Shown here one piece after another: positions 18,062 through 26,817 of a stretch of 64,000 nucleotides of DNA. Source of the stretch: a virus; the IMG/VR virus record IMGVR_UViG_3300032242_000818, positions 64,001 to 128,000 of that record. The stretch is one strand, 5' to 3'. The stretch's first letter is position 1. Each line of letters begins with the position of its first letter. The translations under genes and the position numbers were made by a program. The notes beneath the pieces are model-generated. The model was not told the origin of the DNA. It did no database searches and was given only the letters and a program-made list of their open reading frames with translations.

Positions 18062-19356
18062 TTTATATCCTTTGAATAATCTGCTTCATCTTTATCATCA
18101 CGAATCTCAACAAAGATTGGCAGGAATAAACTTTCATCACCCAACTTGTTCTTAATTCTACAATTATACTTGATTGAAACAATTTTGTCAACTATTTCTT
18201 GACCATAACTCTTGCGTTGAGCATCAGTCAATCCAGAACCTACACTTACCTTAACTATACCATCAGCTGATTCGCAAATTAAAGAACCAAGCATTCCTGC
18301 ATACTTACCAGTGCCTTCTTCGATTGCAACAATCTTAAGATCGCATTCTAGTTCACCTTTGAATTTAATCTGATGCTTTGCACGCTTATCTTCCCATGGA
18401 CCACTACCATCTTTGAGAATAATGCCTTCATAACCCTCTGAAAGATATTGTTCAAAAATAACAAACGCTTCTCTATATGTTTGCACAATGGTACTGGTCA
18501 CAGTCCAAATCTTTTTACCTTCAGACTTTTGGTTTGATACAATCGCTTCAAGGGTTGAGAATCGTTTTGAGTATGGGGTTAGGCATTTACCATCAGCAAA
18601 GTATGCATAAGGAATTAAATCCCAAACAGAAGCATGAACCATTGCTGCTTCTTCTTCAGAGATAGTTCCTTTGTTGGCTTTGTTTAAGATTCCATTGCCA
18701 GTCTGGCGATCAGCAAACTGATAATCACCATCAAGCATAACCAATAACTCACCATCGAACACACAATCGACAGAGCCAGCAAGAGCAATAAATTCTTGCT
18801 CAAGGTTACCAAGTAATAAAATTTCTTTTCCATTTCTACTCCTAAATTCACATTTACCATCTCTGACGATTGCGTTGAAGCGCATGCCGTCCATTTTCAT
18901 TTGTGCGTACGCTGGGAAATTTATCTTGTCTACGAGTTTCTGCTCGAATGGGCTGCACAACATTACGGGATATTCGCTCACCAAACCAGTCCACACTGCG
19001 TTTGCGGTTGATACTTGAACCCCACATTTTAAATCCTTTTGAATAATTCGCTCAATAACTTTAGCATTACAAGAATCTAAGTCGCTTAGAATCTCAGTCA
19101 ATCGTTGAATTGCTGCATTACCTGTAACTTCTCTACTGGATAAATCATAAAGACTATCAATTGCGTGCTTCAAACAACCCTTGCCGTTGGCAGTATATGC
19201 AGGAATCTTGCGCTGATAGAATTGAGTGAATGGATCAAGAGCCAAACGAATGACTTCTCGAAGCATCTCATTATCTTTATTCTTTTCCAACTGCTCAATT
19301 TTGTAATTACGTGATGCATTTGCAGCAAGATCATTTAAAAAAATATTGATATTCAT
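18058..19356 (-). CDS. gp30: ATP-dependent DNA ligase
   Basis: KMDGMR adenylation motif, DGEL, EGIILK. Confidence 0.95.
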   Translation of the reverse strand: MNINIFLNDLAANASRNYKIEQLEKNKDNEMLREVIRLALDPFTQFYQRKIPAYTANGKGCLKHAIDSLYDLSSREVTGNAAIQRLTEILSDLDSCNAKVIERIIQKDLKCGVQVSTANAVWTGLVSEYPVMLCSPFEQKLVDKINFPAYAQMKMDGMRFNAIVRDGKCEFRSRNGKEILLLGNLEQEFIALAGSVDCVFDGELLVMLDGDYQFADRQTGNGILNKANKGTISEEEAAMVHASVWDLIPYAYFADGKCLTPYSKRFSTLEAIVSNQKSEGKKIWTVTSTIVQTYREAFVIFEQYLSEGYEGIILKDGSGPWEDKRAKHQIKFKGELECDLKIVAIEEGTGKYAGMLGSLICESADGIVKVSVGSGLTDAQRKSYGQEIVDKIVSIKYNCRIKNKLGDESLFLPIFVEIRDDKDEADYSKDIK

Positions 19357-19541
19357 TTATGTTTCAACTCCTTGAATTTTCTATATCTCATATCAAAACG
19401 AATTGGCTTGATAAACTTCTTTACCTCACCAGTGTTCACATTATAGAAAGCAACCATCTTTGACTTATCATCAGTCAAGTAATAGATATGGTTGGTTACG
19501 TTCCCAACCCAATCTGAAGTTATCTCTTGGAAGACCCTCAT
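19353..19541 (-). CDS. Hypothetical protein
   Basis: MRVFQEITSDW...; its ATG overlaps the upstream stop. Confidence 0.55.
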   Translation of the reverse strand: MRVFQEITSDWVGNVTNHIYYLTDDKSKMVAFYNVNTGEVKKFIKPIRFDMRYRKFKELKHK

Positions 19542-19900
19542 GCTACTTCCTTGAGATAACCATAAGGTAAGCCAAACAAGTAGCAAGCATACTCAGCATC
19601 ACCACCTGCGTCAACAGAATCCATGAGCCAAGCGATAACACGAGCACGATTAGTGCCAGTGTGCATAAGGTTGGTGACCTTATCTTCAAATTTGAGGATC
19701 GCTTCTGCCTCATCAATTTTGCGACAAAGTTCTTCGTGCTCAATAGCAGTAGCGAGGACTTCAAATTCTTTCTCGAAGTCTTCCAGCGTCCACTCGCTGG
19801 TATCGATGCCACGTGGTCGAGTGCCGTAAGCATCTTTATACATATCCCAATAAGTGCATTGGGCTTGTTCAAGAGGTGACATTTCATTCCATGATAGCAT
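19538..19900 (-). CDS. Hypothetical early protein
   Basis: DMYKDAYGTRPR motif; GGAG SD. Confidence 0.65.
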   Translation of the reverse strand: MLSWNEMSPLEQAQCTYWDMYKDAYGTRPRGIDTSEWTLEDFEKEFEVLATAIEHEELCRKIDEAEAILKFEDKVTNLMHTGTNRARVIAWLMDSVDAGGDAEYACYLFGLPYGYLKEVA

Positions 19901-19914
19901 AGCGATCTCCTAGA

Positions 19915-20109
19915 TTAAACGAAAGACTTACGTGGAAAACCAACAGCGAAACCCGATGTTCCAGTGGAAGCAACTCGAGTTGTTTTTCCACGCATCAACA
20001 TCTTAGGTGCTTTACGGGATTTTACAACCTCAATAGAACCACCTTGTTTCAAAAACTTCTTCAGTGCTTTTTCAGTCTCAGCACGTAACTCGGTTTTGGA
20101 TTTATACAT
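19915..20109 (-). CDS. Small basic early protein
   Basis: First ORF after an early promoter; AAGGA SD. Confidence 0.55.
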   Translation of the reverse strand: MYKSKTELRAETEKALKKFLKQGGSIEVVKSRKAPKMLMRGKTTRVASTGTSGFAVGFPRKSFV

Positions 20110-20139
20110 AGTCATTTCCTTTTCATCATTTATACAACT

Positions 20140-20168
20140 ATTATACTCCAAGGTTGCATTAAAGTAAA
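20140..20168 (-). promoter_or_regulatory. Early sigma70 promoter
   Basis: TTTACT-17 bp-TATAAT; extended consensus shared with the promoters at 29729 and 32184. Confidence 0.8.
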
Positions 20169-20330
20169 GCGAAATGTTGAAAAACCCTACTAAAAGTAGG
20201 GTTTTGTAAGTTCTTGAAAAGTAAACCTTTTTTATTACTTTTTATAGCCCGAGAGAGCCTCTAGGCAGGTAGGGGTGGGTTATCCCCTGTTAGAAACCGT
20301 AAAACGTCCCTACGGTCGTTTTGGCACGTC

Positions 20331-20633
20331 CTACGAGACGATTTTTAGTCCGCTCAGGGCACTGGCGGAAACGACCTCAATACCCGAGCCAAAGATTCGG
20401 TTATATTCGTTCGCCATATTTGGGGCTGGGATACCCTCAGTGGCGATTGCGGTAGCGTAAAGGGTAATGTCGCTTTCAGCGTATGGCATGTATGGAGCAA
20501 GTCCAACACCAACACCTTTTTCTGTTTGCTGAATTACGATTGCAGCTGGATCGCTTAATGTATAACCAAGTTCAGTTAATTCAGTCTTGGCGATAATCTC
20601 TTCACCATTCAATAGTTTAAAAACTTTAATCAT
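20331..20633 (-). CDS. T4-like phage conserved small protein (Sm-like fold)
   Basis: KLLNGEEIIA...GLAPYMPY...YNRIFGSGI. Confidence 0.6.
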   Translation of the reverse strand: MIKVFKLLNGEEIIAKTELTELGYTLSDPAAIVIQQTEKGVGVGLAPYMPYAESDITLYATAIATEGIPAPNMANEYNRIFGSGIEVVSASALSGLKIVS

Positions 20634-20634
20634 A

Positions 20635-20838
20635 TTATTCCTCTATCATGTATTCAATAAAATCTGCTGCTTGGTTTTGATCATGGAAGTATTGCATAAC
20701 AATTTTATCCATATCATATACATGTTGCATAAAAACTAGAATCTGTTTATTTTTATAAACAGATACCTTGAGCATCCAATTCCCTCTGCGAACCAGAAAG
20801 AAAGAGATTAGGTTTGGTGATAGTTTTGCTTTCATCAT
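20635..20838 (-). CDS. Hypothetical protein
   Basis: 67-aa ORF after a CTAAATA motif (20845-20851). Confidence 0.5.
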   Translation of the reverse strand: MMKAKLSPNLISFFLVRRGNWMLKVSVYKNKQILVFMQHVYDMDKIVMQYFHDQNQAADFIEYMIEE

Positions 20839-20886
20839 AACAAGTATTTAGGGGAACTCGAAAGTCCCCCTACTTGCTACGATTAC

Positions 20887-21021
20887 TTACAAAGTTTCGT
20901 ATTCGTCTTTGCCAACACCACACTCAGGACATTCAAAGTCAGCAGGAAGTTCATCCCACTTACCTTCTAAGTCTTCATCATGAACGTGACCACAGACTAT
21001 ACACATACGTACTAGTTCCAT
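20887..21021 (-). CDS. Rubredoxin
   Basis: Manual translation MELVRMCIVCGHVHDEDLEGKWDELPADFECPECGVGKDEYETL with two CxxCG motifs; too short for the ORF track. Confidence 0.9.
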   Translation of the reverse strand: MELVRMCIVCGHVHDEDLEGKWDELPADFECPECGVGKDEYETL

Positions 21022-21473
21022 CATAAATCCTCCAAGACTTTTTTATAAGCATTAGCATGGCGCTCTTCAACTTTCTTTAAAGCATTGAAACGCTTTTCAG
21101 CTTTTGCTAAAACAGCCTTGAACTCTTGCGCATGTTCAAAAGATTCTTGGATCTGTCCACGCATTTCTTTTTCTGCATGCAGGTCTCCCTCTGAAACTGC
21201 AATCGCTTGGAACTGTGGATACATTTCTGTATACTCATAAGTCTCACCATCAATTGCTTTTTGTAAACATTCCTTAGTGGATGGTTTACCGATTAGCAAT
21301 TCTAGATGACCCCAAGCATGTTTAATCTCTTGATCAGCAGTATGTTCAAAGTGTTTTGCAACATCTTCGAATCCTTCTTCACGAGCGATCTTAGCAAAAT
21401 AACGATACTTGATATGAGCCATTGACTCACCAGCAAGCGCACTTTCAAGATTCTTTAATGTTGCAGAAGTCAT
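21021..21473 (-). CDS. Rubrerythrin (ferritin-like di-iron)
   Basis: NLESALAGESMA, EIKHA, GETYEYTEMYP, EERHA. Confidence 0.9.
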   Translation of the reverse strand: MTSATLKNLESALAGESMAHIKYRYFAKIAREEGFEDVAKHFEHTADQEIKHAWGHLELLIGKPSTKECLQKAIDGETYEYTEMYPQFQAIAVSEGDLHAEKEMRGQIQESFEHAQEFKAVLAKAEKRFNALKKVEERHANAYKKVLEDL

Positions 21474-21622
21474 AGAAACCTCGACTTGTTATCATAAAAG
21501 TAACGAGTCCAATGTTCTACATCTGCAGCACTTGTTGGACGTTTGCTATTAATAAATTGTTCAAGCGCAGATTGCTCTCTTGGAAGGGTAAAGAAACTCT
21601 TTATTAGATCTAGAAAATTCAT
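21470..21622 (-). CDS. Small hypothetical protein (50 aa)
   Basis: Manual translation MNFLDLIKSFF...PTSAADVEHWTRYF; ATGA overlaps at both ends. Confidence 0.6.
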   Translation of the reverse strand: MNFLDLIKSFFTLPREQSALEQFINSKRPTSAADVEHWTRYFYDNKSRFL

Positions 21623-21726
21623 CTTCCGATCCCCCTTGTGATTGCTTCTGCTCTTGCTTTACGTGCCTCAGCGATAGATTCAAACATTGACATAGCAAAT
21701 CTTTTTAAAAATTTTAAAAATGCCAT
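21619..21726 (-). CDS. Small hypothetical peptide (35 aa)
   Basis: Manual translation MAFLKFLKRFAMSMFESIAEARKARAEAITRGIGR; GGAG SD in the end of hsp20. Confidence 0.55.
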   Translation of the reverse strand: MAFLKFLKRFAMSMFESIAEARKARAEAITRGIGR

Positions 21727-21727
21727 A

Positions 21728-22222
21728 TTATTCTCCTTCGTTAAGAACCTGTGGCTTACCAGCAGTTTTAATCTTAACTTTCTTTGGCTTTTGTTCTTCT
21801 GGAACTAAACGCTCCAAAGCAATCTTAAGCATACCATTGAACATTTCTGCGTTCTTTACTTCGATGTGATCATCGATAGCAAATGCGCGAGTAAAGGCAC
21901 GAGTAGCAATACCTTTGAACAAGAAGTTATCTTCTAGTGCATCAGTAGCTGCATCAACATTACCTTTAACAATCAACTTACCACCATCAATCTCAATATC
22001 GATCTCAGACTCACCGAAACCAGCAACTGCGATTTCAATCGTGTATGAGTTCTCATTATTCTTGCGAATGTTGTATGGTGGGTAGTTGGGGATATTTTTA
22101 GTTAGATCAGCATGCAATGTTTGGAATTGCTTTGCAGAATCTTCAAAACCGACAAAGAATTTGTCGAAATCTTTAAATGCATCTTGTGAAAAGAATGCGG
22201 GTACAAAAGTCTTATTGACCAT
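21728..22222 (-). CDS. Small heat shock protein (Hsp20/IbpA-like)
   Basis: YPPYNI, EIAVAGF, KGIATRAF, NGMLKI. Confidence 0.93.
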   Translation of the reverse strand: MVNKTFVPAFFSQDAFKDFDKFFVGFEDSAKQFQTLHADLTKNIPNYPPYNIRKNNENSYTIEIAVAGFGESEIDIEIDGGKLIVKGNVDAATDALEDNFLFKGIATRAFTRAFAIDDHIEVKNAEMFNGMLKIALERLVPEEQKPKKVKIKTAGKPQVLNEGE

Positions 22223-22272
22223 GAGTTTCTCCTATTAAGCGAGTAATAAATTTGACACCCCGAAGGCATGTC
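22223..22272 (-). promoter_or_regulatory. ROSE-like RNA thermometer candidate
   Basis: CUCGCU-UAAU-AGGAG hairpin covering the SD, preceded by a cUUCGg-capped hairpin. Confidence 0.55.
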
Positions 22273-22362
22273 GATTAAATGCTGGTTACTGGTTCCAGCG
22301 ACAGCTTAACGTACTGACAGCTTTACCAACGATTCGTACTTAGCGGTCCTAAGGTGAATACT

Positions 22363-22524
22363 TTACGCAGCTGGTGTTTCAGCAGCTGCAGCAATTGCTT
22401 CTGCTTGTGGGTCGCCTTGGTTTTTAATTTTAACAACCAATGAGGCAACTTCCTCGAAAGGATGCTTACCCAACACTGCAAGAATCATATTTACTTCATT
22501 AATTTCAAGTTCAAGTTTAATCAT
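22363..22524 (-). CDS. Small hypothetical protein (53 aa)
   Basis: Manual translation MIKLELEINEVNMILAVLGKHPFEEVASLVVKIKNQG...; ATGA overlap with regA. Confidence 0.65.
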   Translation of the reverse strand: MIKLELEINEVNMILAVLGKHPFEEVASLVVKIKNQGDPQAEAIAAAAETPAA

Positions 22525-22940
22525 TTTGATTTTTTTCCTATGTTATATTTCGGTACTAGTTCCCATTGATCCTTCTCTTTGAAGGACACAACTTTGATTT
22601 GCGAAAGAGATGCTTTCTGATCCGCTTGAGAATTATTTAGGATCTTTAATAGATCCCAATCCTGAAGCAACCCAGTAATCGCATTTCTACGCTCAATATC
22701 ACCTGCAGTGATATTCGATTCCTTACCGTCCAAAGCAAAGAGTTCTTTGAAATGAACGATAAAATACCTACCTTGCTTATGCAAGATATGGCAGGATTGG
22801 TATAATTTGTTTTCTTTCCTAGACGCGATTCCAATGCGAGTCAAAGTTTCACGAACCTTTAGGAAGTTGTCAGGTTCAGGTAAAACCACTTCAAGCATGG
22901 ACTCAGGGGTCCAGTCGTAATAAATCATTTCAACAGTCAT
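22521..22940 (-). CDS. regA: Translational repressor RegA
   Basis: FLKVRETLTRIG, QSCHILHKQGRY, HFKELF. Confidence 0.97.
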   Translation of the reverse strand: MTVEMIYYDWTPESMLEVVLPEPDNFLKVRETLTRIGIASRKENKLYQSCHILHKQGRYFIVHFKELFALDGKESNITAGDIERRNAITGLLQDWDLLKILNNSQADQKASLSQIKVVSFKEKDQWELVPKYNIGKKSK

Positions 22941-23320
22941 GATTTTCCACCTTTATATAGTTTTTCTTTTATCATAATCAAGTTCTCTTCGGATAGCACT
23001 TTGAGTGCTTCATTCGCTTTCTCACTTGAATACCCATAATACTCTTTAACAAGGTCAAGCGATTCAGTAGTTTCATCCTTTTTGGACCATTTACTAAAAC
23101 GCTTTTTCCTCGAAATAATATTTAGGAAAAAGAAAAACTGCATATCCTTATCCAAACCTGGATGTTGATTCATCTGGTTGGCATAGAATACAGTGTCTGG
23201 AAAATATGATAACCCTCTATTTATAAGGAAAGGTTTATAATCCTTACCTGCTTGTGAATCCTTTTCAAATAAATTTTCTTTGGTAGTGTTTATAGCATTT
23301 AAAAAATCAAAGGGGCTCAT
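22937..23320 (-). CDS. gp62: Clamp loader small subunit
   Basis: PFLINRGLS, RKKRFSKW, YYGYS; synteny. Confidence 0.93.
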   Translation of the reverse strand: MSPFDFLNAINTTKENLFEKDSQAGKDYKPFLINRGLSYFPDTVFYANQMNQHPGLDKDMQFFFFLNIISRKKRFSKWSKKDETTESLDLVKEYYGYSSEKANEALKVLSEENLIMIKEKLYKGGKS

Positions 23321-23639
23321 TGAACACCTTTAGATTTTCTGTAGATGCCGCAAATCTTTTATCAGGAAATCTTTTTGCAAGAGCATCTTCTAACTGTCTA
23401 CGAGTTCCTCCCTGTGCCATAAATTCATGAGTCTCTTTATTGAATACAAGGAAACCACCATTATAATTTTCAATAGTAATAGGAATTACAGAATCTTTAA
23501 CAACTTCTACTTCTTCATCAACAAACTGAGTAATGAAACGATCGATAGTTCTTTTTGCGTGGCGTTCTCTGGCATGCCAACCATAAACTGCACCCATGAT
23601 CCAAAATACAAGCCACAGCAAATAATCATATATGTCCAT
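23307..23639 (-). CDS. Hypothetical protein with an N-terminal membrane anchor
   Basis: Hydrophobic N-terminus; FMAQG motif. Confidence 0.6.
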   Translation of the reverse strand: MDIYDYLLWLVFWIMGAVYGWHARERHAKRTIDRFITQFVDEEVEVVKDSVIPITIENYNGGFLVFNKETHEFMAQGGTRRQLEDALAKRFPDKRFAASTENLKVFNEPL

Positions 23640-23646
23640 ACCAACC

Positions 23647-24600
23647 TCACTTAAACTTACAGTTGGCCATAATCTCAGTCAACGCTGCCATAATATTTAA
23701 TTCATGATCAGCTACGAATGCTGCTTTGTATTGATAGTCAGCAAGAACCAAAACTAAAGATGGGATACTTTCTGGAACCATATATGATACTGAAGTATCA
23801 TAGAGTTCACGGAACAATGCTACTGTGTCTGAATCAGAATTCTTACCGACCCACTTACGAACATTGGTGAAATCTTTTTCTTTCATTAACTTGATTAAGT
23901 CTTTGAAAGACTCTTGACTCATGTTAACTAAAATACCTGAATCGATCTTACCAGAAACACTATAACGCTGAAGTTCATTTAGAACCCTACGATAATCTGG
24001 AAAGTGTTTAGTAATAAGTTCGGCAACTACTTTCTGATCAAACTCAATATTCTCCTGTTTAAGAATTTGAGATGCTCGTTTAAAGAATTGACCAAGAAGA
24101 ACCTGCTTATCTTTAGCATCAATCTTAAAGTCGATACAAGCGCAACGAGAATGAATCGCTTCTAAGATACGATTCTTAAAGTTACAAGTAAAGATAAAAC
24201 GACAGTTAGCTGAAAACTCTTCAATGAAACTACGCAATGCTGGTTGAGTAGAGTTGGCTTGAAGATAATCTGCCTCATCGATAATAATAATCTTTGGGGA
24301 ATCAGTCAAAGATACGGTAGAAGCAAATCCCTTAATCTTAGTTCGGAGAGTATCAATACCTGATTCCTCTGAGCCGTTGATCATAATGTAATCAGCATTA
24401 ATTTCATAACATAGTGCTTTGGCAATAGTAGTTTTACCAATACCTGCAGTTCCCGATAGTAGGAAGTGTGGTAGTTCCCCCTGTGTTACATATTGTTTAA
24501 AAGTTTCCTTCAACGCATCAGGAAGAACACAGTCATCAATTTTCTGTGGGCGATATTTCTCTACCCAAAGAAATTGGTCATCACGAAAATCAATCATCAC
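23647..24600 (-). CDS. gp44: Clamp loader ATPase subunit
   Basis: WVEKYRP, GTAGIGKTT, DEAD, SRC. Confidence 0.96.
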   Translation of the reverse strand: MMIDFRDDQFLWVEKYRPQKIDDCVLPDALKETFKQYVTQGELPHFLLSGTAGIGKTTIAKALCYEINADYIMINGSEESGIDTLRTKIKGFASTVSLTDSPKIIIIDEADYLQANSTQPALRSFIEEFSANCRFIFTCNFKNRILEAIHSRCACIDFKIDAKDKQVLLGQFFKRASQILKQENIEFDQKVVAELITKHFPDYRRVLNELQRYSVSGKIDSGILVNMSQESFKDLIKLMKEKDFTNVRKWVGKNSDSDTVALFRELYDTSVSYMVPESIPSLVLVLADYQYKAAFVADHELNIMAALTEIMANCKFK

Positions 24601-24608
24601 TTACTCCA

Positions 24609-26099
24609 TTATTTAATATAATCAAATTTAACAACAATGTTATTTTGTTCGAGCAATACCTTATGATCAATATAACTCGCTACTTGGATATCTTCCAAGT
24701 AACTATTATACTTCATTAATTCTTGCTCCACAAGTTTTTCACCATAGGTTTTTGTTAAGTTCTGCAGGATATATTCACGATCAAACATATCCATACCTGC
24801 CATAACCTGAGCATAACTATACGCATTAAACAAATTGTATTCATTCAAGAAATATGTCTTTGATGGTAAAGTCTTTTTCCAAATATCTAAATGCTCTTTA
24901 TTAAAATCAGTAACAGTCATAATCTCTGGAATTGTTTTCCAGAAATCGCTATCTTTTCTTTTACCAAGATAATGTATCTGAATGAAATCAACAATGTTAT
25001 CAAAACATTCAGTAAATCTTTTATTATATTGTTTAGTAATTTTATCTCGTTCAACTTCCCAAACTGGTAACATTCTAACGAAACCAAATGCTTGCATAAT
25101 CGAGTTTCCGATACTAGATGCTTCTAAAGGCTCAACAAATGAAGCAGATAATCCAATACTTACGCAATTGTTTATCCAAAATTGGTCAACTCTTCCAGCA
25201 TCAAACTTAATATCCTTTGCGACATTAACTTTCTCAGAATAGTGAGATTGAATCTCATCGTGGGCTTGAGTTGCGTTAATAAAATCATCACAGAAAACAT
25301 ACCCATTACCATATCTTCCCTGAGTTGGAATTCTCCAATTCCATCCAGAGGATAATGCTTTAGATAATGTATATGGTTTAAGTTCAGTAATATTTTCAGT
25401 AGGAAATGCCAAAGCATGATTCATTGGTAGGTACTTTTTGTATGATACCCACTTAGAACCTAATTTTGTTGATATGATCCTTTTGAATCCACTACTATCA
25501 ATAAAGAAATCTGCGTTATGCAAAGTTCCGCTTTCACCAACTAGAGCAGAAACATCTCCATTATCAGAAACCATAACATCAGTTACAGTTGTCTTTACAA
25601 AATTAATACTTGCTTCTTCACAAACTTTGTGTAGAAACTCGTTCAACTTGAATGTATTAAATTGATATTGATTAACTGAATTAAGACCAAATGATGTATT
25701 AATTAAATTGGTTTCATTAAGAACATCTTCAGTCTTAATGTTATTTCCAATTAAGGTTTTAATAAAAGTTAATTTCTCTGATAAATCATCAGCAGAAGTA
25801 TATTCACTATAAAATGGATCAACGATTGCATGGAAATAACTTTTTCCATCACCATTCCAATTTTCAAACTTGATACCTTTCTTTAAGGTACCATGAGTTT
25901 CTCTAACTAATCGTTGCATTGAAATGCCACAATATTCTGCGAATATTCTCCAATGCTCAGTTGAGCCTTCACCAACTCCAATAATACCGATTGAATCTGA
26001 TTCAATTACAGTAACATTACAAAGAGGAAATGACTTTTTAATTATAAGTGCTGAAACTAACCCAGCAGTTCCAGCACCGAGAACAATAATGTTTTCCAT
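24609..26099 (-). CDS. Flavin-dependent (tryptophan) halogenase family protein
   Basis: GAGTAG, GVGEGS, LKKGIKFENW, WNWRIP (WxWxIP), FVEPLEASSI. Confidence 0.85.
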   Translation of the reverse strand: MENIIVLGAGTAGLVSALIIKKSFPLCNVTVIESDSIGIIGVGEGSTEHWRIFAEYCGISMQRLVRETHGTLKKGIKFENWNGDGKSYFHAIVDPFYSEYTSADDLSEKLTFIKTLIGNNIKTEDVLNETNLINTSFGLNSVNQYQFNTFKLNEFLHKVCEEASINFVKTTVTDVMVSDNGDVSALVGESGTLHNADFFIDSSGFKRIISTKLGSKWVSYKKYLPMNHALAFPTENITELKPYTLSKALSSGWNWRIPTQGRYGNGYVFCDDFINATQAHDEIQSHYSEKVNVAKDIKFDAGRVDQFWINNCVSIGLSASFVEPLEASSIGNSIMQAFGFVRMLPVWEVERDKITKQYNKRFTECFDNIVDFIQIHYLGKRKDSDFWKTIPEIMTVTDFNKEHLDIWKKTLPSKTYFLNEYNLFNAYSYAQVMAGMDMFDREYILQNLTKTYGEKLVEQELMKYNSYLEDIQVASYIDHKVLLEQNNIVVKFDYIK

Positions 26100-26755
26100 T
26101 AAAACTCGAAAGAAGAATCTGCCTCAACTGCTACATAATAAACCAAATCACCTGCGCCTTTAAAACGAGAGATCTTCTTGCTCGAAACACTAACAGCATA
26201 ATCACCTGGGATCATCTTTAGATTTTCTACTTTCAAATTAACTTTGAATTTCTTATCGCTCGCGCCAACAGTAGAGTTATAAGAGTTACCAGTGGCGTTC
26301 TTTTTGTCGCCAACCACAACAGTCATAGTTGAACCATCACCAACGATTGATACATCAGAAGCACGCAATACTGAAGCAGTACGTTGGATCATACTGAGCA
26401 TATTTGCGCTCATGTTAAATTCAATTTCTGGATCAGGGAATGTAATTGCTTTCTGTGGTGCAGTTAGTACGCTTGCATCTGCTGCAAAGTATTTGATGCT
26501 GTTGCCACCTTGCTCGATAGTAACCCATTTGTCATTGAATGTCAATTCTGGATCTTCAAACAAAGACATCGCACCCAAGAACTCATTGAGGTCGTAGATA
26601 CCAAAGTCTGGGAAAGTTTCAGTAACAACTGCATCAGCCATTACATTCTTTTGAGCCGAGATAGTGGCTAGTTTATTGCCAGACTTCAAAAGTAAATTGC
26701 TATTAATACCAGCAAAGTTCTTGATCAAGCCTACAGTTTCTTTACTTAATTTCAT
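26099..26755 (-). CDS. gp45: Sliding clamp
   Basis: MKLSKET..KNFAGIN, FGIYDLNEFL, ENLKMIPGDY. Confidence 0.96.
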   Translation of the reverse strand: MKLSKETVGLIKNFAGINSNLLLKSGNKLATISAQKNVMADAVVTETFPDFGIYDLNEFLGAMSLFEDPELTFNDKWVTIEQGGNSIKYFAADASVLTAPQKAITFPDPEIEFNMSANMLSMIQRTASVLRASDVSIVGDGSTMTVVVGDKKNATGNSYNSTVGASDKKFKVNLKVENLKMIPGDYAVSVSSKKISRFKGAGDLVYYVAVEADSSFEF

Positions 26756-26786
26756 AGTTTCTCCAAGTTATAATATATGTATAAAA

Positions 26787-26815
26787 ATTATACATCAAAA
26801 TTGACATTTTTTCAA
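26787..26815 (-). promoter_or_regulatory. sigma70-type promoter for gp45
   Basis: TTGAAA-17 bp-TATAAT. Confidence 0.65.
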
Positions 26816-26817
26816 AT

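Noticed and set aside
22300-22360. Twister or hammerhead ribozyme (plus-strand GGTCCTAAG, CTGACAG)
   Set aside because: The remaining conserved core elements and pairings could not be found; kept only as an unclassified RNA candidate.
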